64,000 bases of DNA from Mantamonas sphyraenae STR306 (Eukaryota > Protista > CRuMs), in NCBI GenBank assembly GCA_026936335.1, contig JAPMXV010000007.1, forward strand, positions 248,001 through 312,000, written 5' to 3'. Positions 12,808 to 24,184 of the stretch are shown here, one piece after another. The number at the start of each line of letters is the position of its first letter. The stretch's first letter is position 1. Below the pieces are notes generated by a model. The model was not told where the DNA came from. It made no database searches and was given only the letters and a program-made list of their open reading frames with translations. The translations under genes and the position numbers were made by a program.

Positions 12808-14650
12808 ATGTTTAGCCGATCGACTCGTAGCAGCGCAGGTGTGCTTGGTTCGCTGGTGAGCGGAAGCACGACAGTGGTGGAGCAGCAGGGTGTGGTCAAT
12901 GTGTTGGCGCTGCGCATGTACGCCGCCGATTTCCAGAGGAACAAGCGCCACATCAACATCGGCACCATCGGCCACGTCGACCACGGCAAGACGACTCTCA
13001 CTGCAGCCATTACCAAGGGTACGTGGGCTGCGTGTGCGCTTGTGCGACACCGAAGCGCAAATTCCTGACAACGCCCTTTGGCCGAATCCACTCACTCCCC
13101 CCCCCTCGCCTCCATTCATGCACACATTGCACTCTCGCAACCCACAGTGCTGGGTGAGGCGGGAAACGCCGAGTTCCGCTCGTACGACCAGATCGACAAC
13201 GCCCCAGAGGAGAAGGCTCGCGGTATCACGATTGCGACGTCGCACATCGAGTATGAGGTAACGTTTGGGCTGGACATACACACACACATACACACATATG
13301 CACACGGCAGCACACTTGGACCCTGTCTTTCTCCACCCAGCCACCGCACGCTAACCCCGACACGTGTGGCGCCCCACAGACGGAAAAGACTCACTTCAGC
13401 CACGTCGATTGCCCCGGTAAGTTGTGGCAAATGCAAATCCGTCGAAGCCGCGCTTGCGTGTAGCACGGCAGCAGACGGTCTCGGCAGAGGATGTGCATGT
13501 GTGCTAGCGCCACTGGAGATGCCCACCGATGCATGTGCACAGCGTGTGGCGGTGGCCCTTTGGCGTGATGGGAGTTCGGAGGGGTGCGGGTGCTTCGGGA
13601 GATTTTCCACAGCGGACGGTGCAAACCAAACTGACGCACGGATGATTACGCCTTTTCCATCTCCCCCCAACCCCCACCTTTCACACAGGCCACGCGGACT
13701 ACGTGAAGAACATGATCACGGGTGCATCGCAGATGGATGGTGCCATCATTGTGGTGAGCGCGACGGACGGACAGATGCCGCAGACGCGCGAGCATCTGCT
13801 GCTTGCGAAGCAGGTTGGGGTCAAGGACCTGGTGGTGTTTATGAACAAGGTGGACCAGGTGGACGATGAGGACATGCTGGAGCTTGTGGAGCTGGAAATG
13901 CGCGAGGTTGTGTCGTCGTACGGGTTTGACGGCGACAACGTGCCGGTGGTGCGTGGCAGTGCGCTGGCAGCGTTGGAGGACAAGGATCCGGAGGGCATTG
14001 GCAAAGCAGCCATTCTGGAGTTGATGGCAGCCGTGGATGAGACGTTTCCGGACCCCGAGCGTGACGTGGACAAGCCGTTCCTGTGTCCCGTGGAGGATGT
14101 GCACTCCATCGGCGGCCGTGGCACGGTGGTGACCGGACGCATCGAGCGCGGTGTGATCAAGCCCGGTGACGAGGTGGAGATTGTGGGCATCAACGAGAAA
14201 CCCATCCGCACGACGGTGACGGGCCTGGAGGCCTTCCACAAGAACCTGGATCAGGGCCAGGCAGGCGACAACCTGGGCATGCTGCTGCGTGGCACCAAGC
14301 CCTACAGCAGCAAGGATCGCGACGGCGTGCGCAAGGGCCAGGTGTTGGCTGCCCCGGGCACGTGCACCGCACACAAGAAGTTCAAGGCCGAGATGTACTT
14401 CCTCACCAAGGACGAGGGAGGTCGCCACACCCCGGTGTCCTCCAACTACAAGCCCCAGTTCTTCTTCCGCACGGGCGACGTCACAGGCACCCTCAACCTG
14501 CCCGAGGGCACCCCGATTGCCGTGCCGGGTGACAACTGCCTGGTCGAGGTCGAGCTGCTCTACCCCGTTGCCATGGAGCCCGGTCTGCGTCTCACCGCAC
14601 GCGAGGGCAACCGCACCATCGGCACCGCCGTCATTTCCGAAGTGATGTGA
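12808..14650 (+). CDS. TUFM: Mitochondrial elongation factor Tu (exons about 12808-13018, 13149-13257, 13380-13416, 13689-14650)
   Basis: Presequence-like N-terminus, then [55 protein letters not shown] (assembled across a 37-nt exon), NKVD and REGNRTIG. Confidence 0.97.
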
Positions 14651-14676
14651 GCTGGTTGTTTGGTTGTGTGTGCTTG

Positions 14677-14708
14677 GGATGGGATGGGGTGGGATGGGAT
14701 GGGATGGG
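14677..14708. repeat. (GGGAT)n pentanucleotide repeat downstream of the EF-Tu stop codon
   Basis: gggat gggat ggggt gggat gggat gggat gg. Confidence 0.8.
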
Positions 14709-14885
14709 TGCGAGTGCAGTGACGCAGATCCAAAAAAAACAGAACCAATACATCTCCCCCCCCCCCCAGGGTTGAGATCGACACCTCCTGCATTACCGGG
14801 CTGTCCGGTACAGTACGTAGGGATGACTCATGGGTCTCTGTGCGCTGGAGGGAAGCCAACCAAAAGCCCCAACCCCCCAAACCCC

Positions 14886-15547
14886 ATGAGTCATCGAAAG
14901 GAACGGCAGCACATGGCTGCGGTGGCGCTGGCGTGGGTGGTGGTTATGTGTGGAGTGTGTGTGTGCAACAGTGTGGCGCTGAAGCACGACCTGGTGATTA
15001 CCGGGGACACGCGGTCGGCGTGGCACATTCAGTCGTTTGGCTTTGAGGCCGGCGGCGTCATGGACATGCGCATGCCCTACCTCGACCTGCAACCCATCCA
15101 CAAGGCCGAGTTTACACCCACCACCACGCCCATCTCGGCCGTGGAGGCGGTCAAGCTGGCCACGGGGGACGACGACGGGACGGCGGCCGCTGGGAAAGAC
15201 GGAAGCGCGGCGTCGGACTTGGACGCCTCCGTGGACGAGGAACACGTGCCGACGGGCGTCAACATGTCCTCGGGATGGAAGCAGCACCGTGTGGGATTCC
15301 TGATTAAGGAAACGCAACGGGATGCATCGTTGTTCCTGGAGCAGTACGCAGGGGCGAGCAAGTGTCTGTTTGATTACGACCAAGTCAGCACCCACGACGT
15401 GGTGCTCATGCTCAGCAATGCCAGCACAGATTGGAAGGACTGGAGCTGGCACGACGTCGTGGCCAAGAAGGACGTGGGCATGTTTAACCTCTTCTTTGTC
15501 AACTGCGAACCCAACACACAGGTCTCCTTCGAGGTAGGGCCGTGACG

Positions 15548-15579
<32 letters not shown>

Positions 15580-16615
15580 ACCCAAAGTAGGGTGTCTGTC
15601 TGATCACTCACCTTGCCTTTCCCCTTTGCTCGCCCATCTCTCCCACCGACACATTCCATTCTCCATTTTCCCTCGCGCACAGCTCAAGGTGGAACAGTAC
15701 AACCCGGGACCGAACTATTTGAGTTCGGGGGACATGCCTCTGCCGACCATGTACACGTTGTTTACGCTGGTGATGGGTGCCATGTCGATCGGATGGTTCA
15801 TGACGGTGCGGGAGAATCGTGCCAATGCCAACCGTGTGCACCACCTCATGTCGGCGCTGCTGGTGATCAAAGCATTGAGTTTGGGCACAGAGGCGTTGCG
15901 CATGCATGCCATTGCATCGACGGGCGACTCCACAGGCTGGTCCGTCCTGTTTTACATCTTTACGTTTGCCAAGGGCATGCTGCTGTTTACGATTGTGCTG
16001 CTGATCGGCACGGGCTGGTCCTTCATCAAACCGTTTCTGTCGCAGCGGGAGAAGCGCATCTTTGCCCTGGTACTGCCTCTGCAGGTGTTGGACAACATTG
16101 CGCTGATTGTGGTGCAGGAAATGGCACCGGGCAGTGTGGCGTGGCTGTCGTGGCATGACATGCTGCGTGTCCTCGACGTCGTCTGCTGCTGTGCCATTCT
16201 GTTTCCCATCATGTGGAGCATGCAGCACCTGAAACAGAGTGTGGGCTCGGGCGACAGCAAGGAGGCACACAACCTCCGCAAACTGCGTCTGTTTCAACAG
16301 TTCTACGGCGCCGTGGTGATGTACATCTACTTTACGCGCATCATTCTCTACCTCCTCAACACCACCGTCTCCTTCCGACACACGTATCTGCACCCGCTGT
16401 TTGACGAGGTTGCCGCCGTTGCCTTTTACACCTTTCTGATGGTCAAGTTTCGCCCTGTGGCCAACAACCAATACTTTGCCCTGGGCCAGGACGACGGCGA
16501 CGACATCGAACTCAACAACATCCAGGGCGCAGACGCAGGCGTGCGTGTGCGCGAAGTCCAGGCCATGGGTGTCCATGAGCGTGACGACGACGTGCACGAT
16601 GTGGAGGACGATTGA
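14886..16615 (+). CDS. GPR107/GPR108-like (lung seven-transmembrane / GOST family) protein; intron 15534-15682
   Basis: Signal peptide, FGFEAGG, NYLSSGDMPLP, VHHLMSALL, LIGTGWSFIKPFL, PLQVLDNIA, DVVCCCAILFPIMWS, KLRLFQQFY...YIYFTRI, KFRP..NNQY. Confidence 0.9.
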
Positions 16616-16751
16616 GTGAGAGGCACACAATGGACAGACAAGAGAGAGAGAGAGAGAGAGAGAGAGGGTGAGCAGCAGAGCAGAGAGAAATGAAACGACA
16701 CACGCGTGGGCAACGTGTGTGTTTGCATGGCAAAGACTGTTCGACGTTTGT

Positions 16752-18132
16752 TCATGCGTTGAGCGATCCCTGGGTCGAGTGCTGCGGGTTTTCCCGTGCA
16801 AACACACGCTCCTTGAGGCCCTTGCCAAAGTTGCGCCAGCAGCGGACGCAGCGGTAGAGTAGGAGGAGGTGGATGACGACGGCGACGCATCCAAAAACAA
16901 TAAACGGGGGCTTCCACACGTTGGGGTAGAGGGAGGGCGAGAAGAAGAACTCTTGGATCTTCCAGACGATGTACACAATATAGACGGGCCAGACGGCAAC
17001 AAACAGGTAAAGGAGGGATGACTGCTCCTCCTGCACTCCCTGCCACCCGAGGCCAGCCCAGCCAAACATGATCACCAGCGCCACAATGTCTGCATACAAC
17101 TCCCAATCCTGCAGCTTGAACAGAAACAGACCCGACATGCACACCAGCAGCGTAGCCAGTCCGCAGGTGATCTTCAGCAGGGCAAAGTAGATCTGGTAAT
17201 CTCGAAACATATCTAAACGTGCGTGTGCGTGCGTGTGCATGTGTGTGTGCATATGTGGTTGGATGGCAGATAGGAATGTCAGCCGTGTGACCTCTCGTTG
17301 GGGGGGTTCCCCATGTGTGGGAATGTCTGCAAACGTGCGTGTGTGTGTGTCAACTTGCCATGATAGCGGACATCGGCGCCGAGGGTCTTGTACACGCGCC
17401 AGCCAAACTCGTTGTAAATGCGGTAGCCAAAGACCAGGGTGATGGGAGTGAATACGGCGACAGCTGAGGGTGGGTCACGTGCGACGGGTGGGTGGCGAGA
17501 CGGCAGTGTGAGGGTGGGTGGTGGGCGCCACAGGGGCCAGGAAACACTCGCGGGGGGCGGGGGAGGAGCAATGCACACACGGGAACCGGGAAAACCCTGG
17601 AGATCGGCTCGGACGGAGCGAGAGGACGAGACGGGCGCTGGCACAAATGAAACACACCTGCGAGACGGATGGTGTAGGCGACCGAGTGGTCTTCGTAGGT
17701 AAAGTAGGTGAAGATGACGTAGAAGGCGAGAAAGAGGGAGCTGAGAAGGAAGCAAAAGTGCTCGTAAACATTCTCCTTGCGCACGCCGTCGACGGCAAAG
17801 TAGACGGTCATGACGGCGCTGAGAATGACCAGCACAGAGTTGTACTCCAGACGTACGTCGTTGGCGGCGTGGCCTTCCAAGAGGATGATGATGGTGAGGG
17901 TGACGTAGACGAGAAACTCAAAGGCCACAAAGAGCAGCAGCCGCTTGGCTTCGTCGGAAATCTCAAAGCTTGGCGTCCGTGGCTCTGGCGACCACACCAA
18001 AGGCGTGCTTTCGTCCTTGCCCCCGTGACCGCTGCTCTTGTGTGTGTGCGAGCCTGTCCCCGCGCCAGCCTGTGTTTGGGCCGACGGTCTGGCCGCCTGG
18101 GTGGAGGTGGCGCCGTACGACGAAGACGACAT
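16752..18132 (-). CDS. Multi-pass membrane protein, UPF0658-like; at least 2 introns
   Basis: AVDGVRKENVYE, YNEFGWRVYKTLGADVR and FRDYQIYFALLK resemble the EFGW.IYK.IGAD...YQ...LLK family signature; C-terminal NFGKGLKE. Confidence 0.6.
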
Positions 18133-18210
18133 TTCTTCGAGTGGATTGGTTGGCTTCGCGCAGGAATAACCAAAAGAAAGACGACGAAAGCAAGTGGCAA
18201 GTGACAACCC

Positions 18211-19662
18211 ATGGCCCTACGCGGTGCAGGCGGCGTTGTGTCGATGTGGACGGTGGTGTTGTTGGGGCTGGTGGTGGTGGCCCAGACGCTGGTGATCAGC
18301 TGGTTGATGGTCCACGGCGGCCACAGCGCAGACAATGCACCAGAGATGAAGGGAAACGGGCGGATAGGTGCAAGGGATGCGTCTGCACGTGACGTGACGA
18401 TAGAGGCGGGGCGTGGGGCGAGTGTGGGGAGCTCCACGGCGGTGGAAGAGCAGGTGGGTGATCACAGTGATCAGGACCGCAAAGCGCTATTGTATCTTTT
18501 TCACAAGTTTCGCCAGGCGGCTGCACAGGTGAAACGGATGGTGTTGCAACGGAAGCATGGAAATCGAGTGGATGTGGATGTCGGGGTGGCAGGGATGGAG
18601 GCGGTGTTGGGTCGACGGTACCTGCTTCCGGAGGCGTTGCGTGTGGCCACGTACAACATTTGGCACACCAACGCACCGTGGGAAAAGCGACTGGAGGCCA
18701 TGGGTGGAGAGCTGCGACGGGTCAAGGTGGATGTGCTGGGGTTGCAGGAGGTGCGGCAGGTGGACGGGGAGAGCCAGGCACACGTGTTGTTGAGGCGTGT
18801 GGCTGCTCACATGTTCCACGTGGTGTACACCCCGGTGATGAACCAGGGCCAAGCAGACGAGGAGGGGTTGGCCATCCTGTCACGGTTCCCATTTGTGTGG
18901 CACAAGACGGTGGAACTGGTGCCGGAGAACAAGCAGGTGGCAGGACACACCCTGGGCTTGCGCAAGGTGTTGCATGCGTTGGTGGACGTAGGAGGTGCGT
19001 TGGGCCGTGTGCATGTGCTCAACACTCACCTGGCCATCTTTGACGTGGAACAGTGTGTGAGCGTGCGGCAGCTGGCCGAGTATGTGTTCAGCTTGGGCGA
19101 CGAGCATCCCGTCGTCCTCGTGGGCGACTTTAATGCCTACTTTGACTTTGAATGGCCCATGGATTGGCTCACCGACATGCACAACCCGTTCTTTGCCACG
19201 GCGTTGAATCCCTGCCGTCAGCAAGTCCTGCGCTTTGCCCAAACGAGGCAGCAGGAAGAGAAGAATGGAACAAAGGGGGGGCAACTGCACGATGCATGGC
19301 GTTGGGTGTACCCACTGGAAGATCTGCAGACGCAGAAGGAGGGATGGTGGAGTGTGCCGCCCGCGCTGCCAGGGTACACATTCAGCAACTTTGACCGTGA
19401 GAGGATGGAGGACTCGTCGCGTCCGGACCGTGTGTTGTGGTACGACGGTCAGGAGCGGATGGTGCAGATGGATGTGGGGCTGTTTGGGCAGCAGGAGCTG
19501 GAGGGTGAGGAGAACGTGTACGCCAGCGACCATCGAGGTGTGCTGGCTGTGTTTGGGATCGATGCCACGGGGGGAAGAGGGAGGAAGAGCGACCAAGAGA
19601 GGAGACGTGTGGCGTTGGGCTGGATGGAGGTGGAGGCGAGTCGGAGAGGCGGCGCAAGGTGA
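18211..19662 (+). CDS. Endonuclease/exonuclease/phosphatase (EEP) family hydrolase with N-terminal membrane anchor
   Basis: TYNIW, GLQEV, GLAILSRFP, NTHL, GDFNA, PDRV, SDH. Intronless, 483 aa. Confidence 0.88.
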   Translation: MALRGAGGVVSMWTVVLLGLVVVAQTLVISWLMVHGGHSADNAPEMKGNGRIGARDASARDVTIEAGRGASVGSSTAVEEQVGDHSDQDRKALLYLFHKFRQAAAQVKRMVLQRKHGNRVDVDVGVAGMEAVLGRRYLLPEALRVATYNIWHTNAPWEKRLEAMGGELRRVKVDVLGLQEVRQVDGESQAHVLLRRVAAHMFHVVYTPVMNQGQADEEGLAILSRFPFVWHKTVELVPENKQVAGHTLGLRKVLHALVDVGGALGRVHVLNTHLAIFDVEQCVSVRQLAEYVFSLGDEHPVVLVGDFNAYFDFEWPMDWLTDMHNPFFATALNPCRQQVLRFAQTRQQEEKNGTKGGQLHDAWRWVYPLEDLQTQKEGWWSVPPALPGYTFSNFDRERMEDSSRPDRVLWYDGQERMVQMDVGLFGQQELEGEENVYASDHRGVLAVFGIDATGGRGRKSDQERRRVALGWMEVEASRRGGAR

Positions 19663-19737
19663 AGCAAGGCAAAAACGGGAGGGTGTCGTGCCACTACAGC
19701 CAATACAGCCCATCAGGGGACATAGAGACAGTGTGTC

Positions 19738-20280
19738 ATGAGCCTGCAGGCGGACGTCAAGGGCCAACACTGTGCGTGGGAGGGATGCAACGCGTTTGAT
19801 TTTCTTCCGTTTCCTTGTGATTCGTGTGGCGAGGTTTACTGCCAGGAGCACTTTAGATGGGAGTCGCACTCGTGCAAAGGGGGAGGGAGGAAGAAAAAGC
19901 AGGCGATTGTGTGCCCTGTGTGCAACAAGCGGGTGCGTGTGGCCAAGGGACAGAGCGAGGACGCGGTGGTGTCAGCGCATCTGGAGTCTGGGTGTGAGTT
20001 GCACCTGCACACAGCAAAGAAGGACAGAGCACACCGGTGTGGGCACTGCGGAACAAAAAGCATGATGTTGATTGAGTGTGATGCGTGTGGGAAGGAGCAT
20101 TGTGTGTCGCACAGGCTCCCAGAGACGCACGAGTGTTCCAGTGGAAGCAGTAGCAACAGTGGGCGGGGTGGGAGTGGGGGTGGTGGGAGGGGTGGGAGTG
20201 GGGGTGGGGGTGGGGGTGGTGGGGGTAGCAGTGGTGATGATGGGGATGGGAAGGGCAAGAAGAAATGTGTGATTCAATGA
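19738..20280 (+). CDS. AN1-type zinc finger protein (ZFAND2/AIRAP-like) with Gly-rich linker and CaaX box
   Basis: GQHC..EGC..FDFLPFPCDSC..VYC.EH, CPVC...HLESGC, a second AN1 finger, and a C-terminal KGKKK-CVIQ. Confidence 0.85.
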   Translation: MSLQADVKGQHCAWEGCNAFDFLPFPCDSCGEVYCQEHFRWESHSCKGGGRKKKQAIVCPVCNKRVRVAKGQSEDAVVSAHLESGCELHLHTAKKDRAHRCGHCGTKSMMLIECDACGKEHCVSHRLPETHECSSGSSSNSGRGGSGGGGRGGSGGGGGGGGGSSGDDGDGKGKKKCVIQ

Positions 20281-20349
20281 ATTGGGCAGGGGAGACCTGG
20301 GTGCCACAGTGTGCATGGTTGGAGCGCTGCCCACACTAAAAAGATGATG

Positions 20350-21609
20350 TCACGAGGTCGTGTCGATGTGAAAGAGGGCGGAGGAGGACACAATCCACAC
20401 GCCCGAGGTGTTTGCAACGGCGAGTCGTGCGTCCCATCCCTTGTCACCGAGCAGGGTGGCAGCGGCCTCGGAGGGTTGGATGGTCTGTGGAGCGAGCCAC
20501 GCGTGGGCGTTGACATCGTAGGCGTGCAGTGACAGGTCTTGCGGCAGAGAGGAATTGTCGATGCCATCCATCAGCAGGGAGAACATGGCGTCACCAGCAT
20601 CCTCAGGGGCGTTGACATCGCGAAATTTGCCGCCCGAGATGAGAATGCAACCGGTGGAAGGTTGGTATGCAGCCACGGCACATGCACGTGGAGCGGGACA
20701 ATAGGTTGTGTTGCCCTCTGGCGTTGTGGACTCTGCGCAACGTAGCCAGGACCAGGTGACGAGATCGAGGACGTTGATGTGTGCTCTCTTGTGATCTCTC
20801 GTGTCGATCATGGACATGGTGTAGTCTTGGTCGTTCTCGCCGCCAAAGAAGACGGCGATGGGGTTGTCGCCAAGGGTGTGGTCGTCTGCGGCGACTGTGG
20901 CAACAGCAGGGCCGTAGAGTGCCCTACGGCACTCTGCATCGGTGGTGCTCACATGTTGGACGTCCCACGTGTCATGCTCGTCGCCTGTGGCAGTGATGGT
21001 GGTGACGTCGATGCCTGCAGGGACGTCGTCGGCGCCGCAGAGGTACACCAGGGTGTGCTCGTCGCCAGGATGCACAAACACATGCGGGTCATGCAACACA
21101 GGGGCAGGGAGGTCCGAGGCAATCTGTGTGACGTCGCATGTGTCCAGGTTGACTGCGTGGAGGGCACAGGATTGGTCGCCGTAGGTGCCTGCACAGGTTG
21201 CCAACACCACAGCGTTGTGTGAGGGCAGGTGGCACACAGCCACCACCTCATCGTCATCCAAGGCGGAGTTTGCATCGTGGGTGACACTGTGCCAGGTGAG
21301 TTGTGCTGTGTCCAGCGTGTGTACGCGATTTGTGGGGTTGTTTGAGGAAAAGCCCACCTCGCCTGCGGCCACCAATGTGCTGTTGTCCGGCGACGTGCCA
21401 ACCCTGAGATGGTACGTGCCACTGGGTGCGTCTGTGTGCTTGCCACTGCCCAGTGACAGGTACGCGTCGGCGTGCTGCGGGTCGCCCTCGGCCTCTTTGG
21501 GAGCCTTGGCACTCATGGCCTTGGGACCCGGCGTGCGCAGCTTGTGCTCCTGAATGCGTGTCACGACGGCCTGCATGGCCACAGTGGAAGTGGATTCTTT
21601 GCGGGACAT
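20350..21609 (-). CDS. Kelch-like beta-propeller protein, function unknown
   Basis: AVFFGGEND, VLDLVTWSW, PAPRACAVAAY, ILISGGKF and AYDVNAHAW resemble Kelch repeats. The start is uncertain (21609 or 21576). Confidence 0.6.
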   Translation of the reverse strand: MSRKESTSTVAMQAVVTRIQEHKLRTPGPKAMSAKAPKEAEGDPQHADAYLSLGSGKHTDAPSGTYHLRVGTSPDNSTLVAAGEVGFSSNNPTNRVHTLDTAQLTWHSVTHDANSALDDDEVVAVCHLPSHNAVVLATCAGTYGDQSCALHAVNLDTCDVTQIASDLPAPVLHDPHVFVHPGDEHTLVYLCGADDVPAGIDVTTITATGDEHDTWDVQHVSTTDAECRRALYGPAVATVAADDHTLGDNPIAVFFGGENDQDYTMSMIDTRDHKRAHINVLDLVTWSWLRCAESTTPEGNTTYCPAPRACAVAAYQPSTGCILISGGKFRDVNAPEDAGDAMFSLLMDGIDNSSLPQDLSLHAYDVNAHAWLAPQTIQPSEAAATLLGDKGWDARLAVANTSGVWIVSSSALFHIDTTS

Positions 21610-21676
21610 GTGTGGGTTGCTTTTTGGGTGGTGGGCGATGCGCGGAGGCACGTGCAACGTAAACGCGGAGAAGAAA

Positions 21677-21958
21677 ATGAGCAACAGCAGCAGCAGAGAG
21701 ACGTGGACAGTGTACTTGATGTCGTGGAAGGGCAAATCGTACGAGTATGAAGGGTTGACGCCAACGAGCACGACTCTGGAGGATGTGTTGCAGCTGTGGC
21801 GGGACGGAGAGGGTGACTTTGACAACACCTTCCAACTGCGTGTGCACGGCGGCGAACCATTGGATCTCGGGATGACGCTGGACAAAGCTGGGTTGGGGCA
21901 TGAGCAGACACTGTTGTTGGAGTGGGTGGAGGGTGATGTCGTGCACAAAAGGGAATAG
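21677..21958 (+). CDS. Small ubiquitin-like (beta-grasp) protein without terminal diglycine, 93 aa
   Basis: TVYLMSWKGKSY...TTLEDV...QLRVHGGEPLDLGMTLDKAGL..EQTLLL follows the ubiquitin-fold pattern. Confidence 0.55.
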   Translation: MSNSSSRETWTVYLMSWKGKSYEYEGLTPTSTTLEDVLQLWRDGEGDFDNTFQLRVHGGEPLDLGMTLDKAGLGHEQTLLLEWVEGDVVHKRE

Positions 21959-22155
21959 AGAGAGAGGCGTGTTGGAGGTGTCCTTCATTGTTTGTGTGAA
22001 TCGATTTGTGGTCCCTATACAGCCTTGGCGCGTTACCTCTTTGCGGTGTGTGTGTGTGTGTGTGTCTGCGTGTGTTTGCGTGTGTGGCACAGGGAGGGAG
22101 CGGCTGGGGACGCGTTTGCGGAACCACGCGAACCGAACCGCAACAGAGAGCATAG

Positions 22156-22527
22156 ATGAGCCAGGCGGACGGAGAACAGCAGATTGTGAAAACGGTACTC
22201 AAGTTGGGTGGGAAGGGCAGCAAACCTGGCAAGGGTCAATCGTTGAAGCTGTGGGTGGAGGATGGCCAGCTGAAGTTTGAGCATCACACTTCAGCTCGTT
22301 CGGCTGGGCCCTCTGTCAGGACCACCATTGAGTATGGCACACTGGACGCAGAGAGTATGGTGGCCCATGTGAACAGGTCGCACACGACCCGATCATCGCG
22401 AAACGAGCGTGAGGAGTCGGAGGAGGAGCGAGACGAAGACCACACCTGGTCCAAGGACAACCTGGAGATCATCACTCACTACAGCACCCAACCGTACATG
22501 CTTCCAGAGGAGTTTGAATGGCCTTGA
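22156..22527 (+). CDS. Unrecognised small beta-rich protein family, copy A (123 aa, inverted, most divergent)
   Basis: YGTLDAESMVA...EDHTWSKD...ITH...PEEFEWP shares the family motifs. Confidence 0.7.
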   Translation: MSQADGEQQIVKTVLKLGGKGSKPGKGQSLKLWVEDGQLKFEHHTSARSAGPSVRTTIEYGTLDAESMVAHVNRSHTTRSSRNEREESEEERDEDHTWSKDNLEIITHYSTQPYMLPEEFEWP

Positions 22528-22848
22528 GAGGGATACGAGGGATGGGGGAGGGTGAGGACACACACACACACACACAAGAAAGGAACGCAAACGCGATGTC
22601 ACTTCACTTCCTGTTCACACAGCACTTGCACTTGCACACGCACACACACACATACACACATACACGCCCGGGTGCACTGCTCCAAAGGTGTGACCAGCAC
22701 CACTCCACGCGGTGTGGGGATGTGTGAATGCAAAGAGGGAGGGAGTGAGAAGAAGCAAGGTTTTCCGAACGTTGCGCATCACGACGACGGAGTGATGGGG
22801 AAAACAACAGATTGGGACAACGTCCACGGTTCATTCAGCGCATGTGGA

Positions 22849-23214
22849 TCACTCAAAGGGCACGGTGACATCGTCGGGGACAATAAATTCCATCTTCTCG
22901 GGATGGTGGGTGAGGAGGCCGCGGGTGTCTGCGTTCCAGGTCCAGGTGTGTTCCTCGCTGAGGTCTTTCTCCTTGTCGGACCTTGTGTTGACAAAAGAGG
23001 ACTTTTCCGTGACGGTGGCAGTCATGGAGCTGGGGTCAAACGTGCCCGTCTCGGTGTACCCGCGGCTCATTCCGTGGCCTCCGGGCATCTCCACGTAGTT
23101 GCGACGCTTCACCTTCCACGCAGTGTACGTGTCGTCCGTCCAGGTCAGTTTGAACTCATCTCGTTCAGTCAGTTGGCCTTCAGCAGGTTCCCAGGTGATT
23201 TCGGCTTGCGACAT
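22849..23214 (-). CDS. Unrecognised family, copy B (121 aa)
   Basis: TGTFDPSSMTA...EEHTWTWNADTRGLLTH. Confidence 0.8.
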   Translation of the reverse strand: MSQAEITWEPAEGQLTERDEFKLTWTDDTYTAWKVKRRNYVEMPGGHGMSRGYTETGTFDPSSMTATVTEKSSFVNTRSDKEKDLSEEHTWTWNADTRGLLTHHPEKMEFIVPDDVTVPFE

Positions 23215-23472
23215 GGTGTTTGGGTTCGTTGTTTGCGTTGCAGCGTTTGGCGCTAGAACGACGCAAACGCGTCAAAAACCTCGTCGCAACACAAACGCGT
23301 CGTGATGTGCGGCCCACACGACGCCTACACAGTGTACCGCAATGCACAATGCCATCCACACAGGAACCACAACGCATTGCGTACGACTATGTGTGCGTGG
23401 CAATGACAGGAGAAGCAGGGAAGGGCAAAAGGTCAACAATGACACAGCAAACGCTCGGATTCAATTTTGTGT

Positions 23473-23853
23473 TCATTTGTCCCAGGGCAGCTCCACACCC
23501 TCCTCCTCGGGTTGTAGGCGCTTGCCACGGTGGTGATGTGTGGTCAACTCCTTGGCTTCACTGTCCCACTCCCACGTGTACTCCTCGGTGAGCCCCTCGT
23601 GGACGTCGTGGTCGGTGGTGTTGATGTACGTGCTCTTGCGTGTGACCACAGCCACCATGGTCTCTGGGTTGAAGTCACCCTCTTCCCATGCCCCTTGCGT
23701 CACGCCGTGGCCTCGGCGTGCCACGTAGTGGCTCGTGTCGCTGCCCCACTTTGTGAATTTGTTGTTTTTGAATGTCAACGTAAAGTGGTCGCGGTCCTCC
23801 AGCACTCCTGCCACAGGGACAAGTCTGATGTTTGCGTTGTCGCTCTCGCTCAT
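23473..23853 (-). CDS. Unrecognised family, copy C (126 aa)
   Basis: EGDFNPETMVA...EEYTWEWDSEAKELTTH. Closest to copy B (shared E.RD.F.LT and GHG motifs). Confidence 0.8.
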   Translation of the reverse strand: MSESDNANIRLVPVAGVLEDRDHFTLTFKNNKFTKWGSDTSHYVARRGHGVTQGAWEEGDFNPETMVAVVTRKSTYINTTDHDVHEGLTEEYTWEWDSEAKELTTHHHRGKRLQPEEEGVELPWDK

Positions 23854-24184
23854 GGTGAAAACGGGGGGTGGGTGTGTGTGTGTGGGGGGGGGTTGTGTGT
23901 TTGTGTGGTGTTTGCGGCGGAGAGCCCGCCACACCGTTTTTTGTTCCCACAACACCCACACACCACTCTGCACCGTGAATCCAGCACAAATACATCCAAT
24001 GCGTCCTGTGGAGAGAGATTGTGTGTTTCTGGAAGATGGAGATGTGTGTTTCAACGGCACAGTGCAAACAACTCTGATTCCCACCCTGCATGCATGCCGT
24101 TGACGTGCAACAACCACAAGTGCACTGGGCACTGCGCACGAAACCGTACATTTGCCATATGACGCATCCACACCATTGCTGTGT

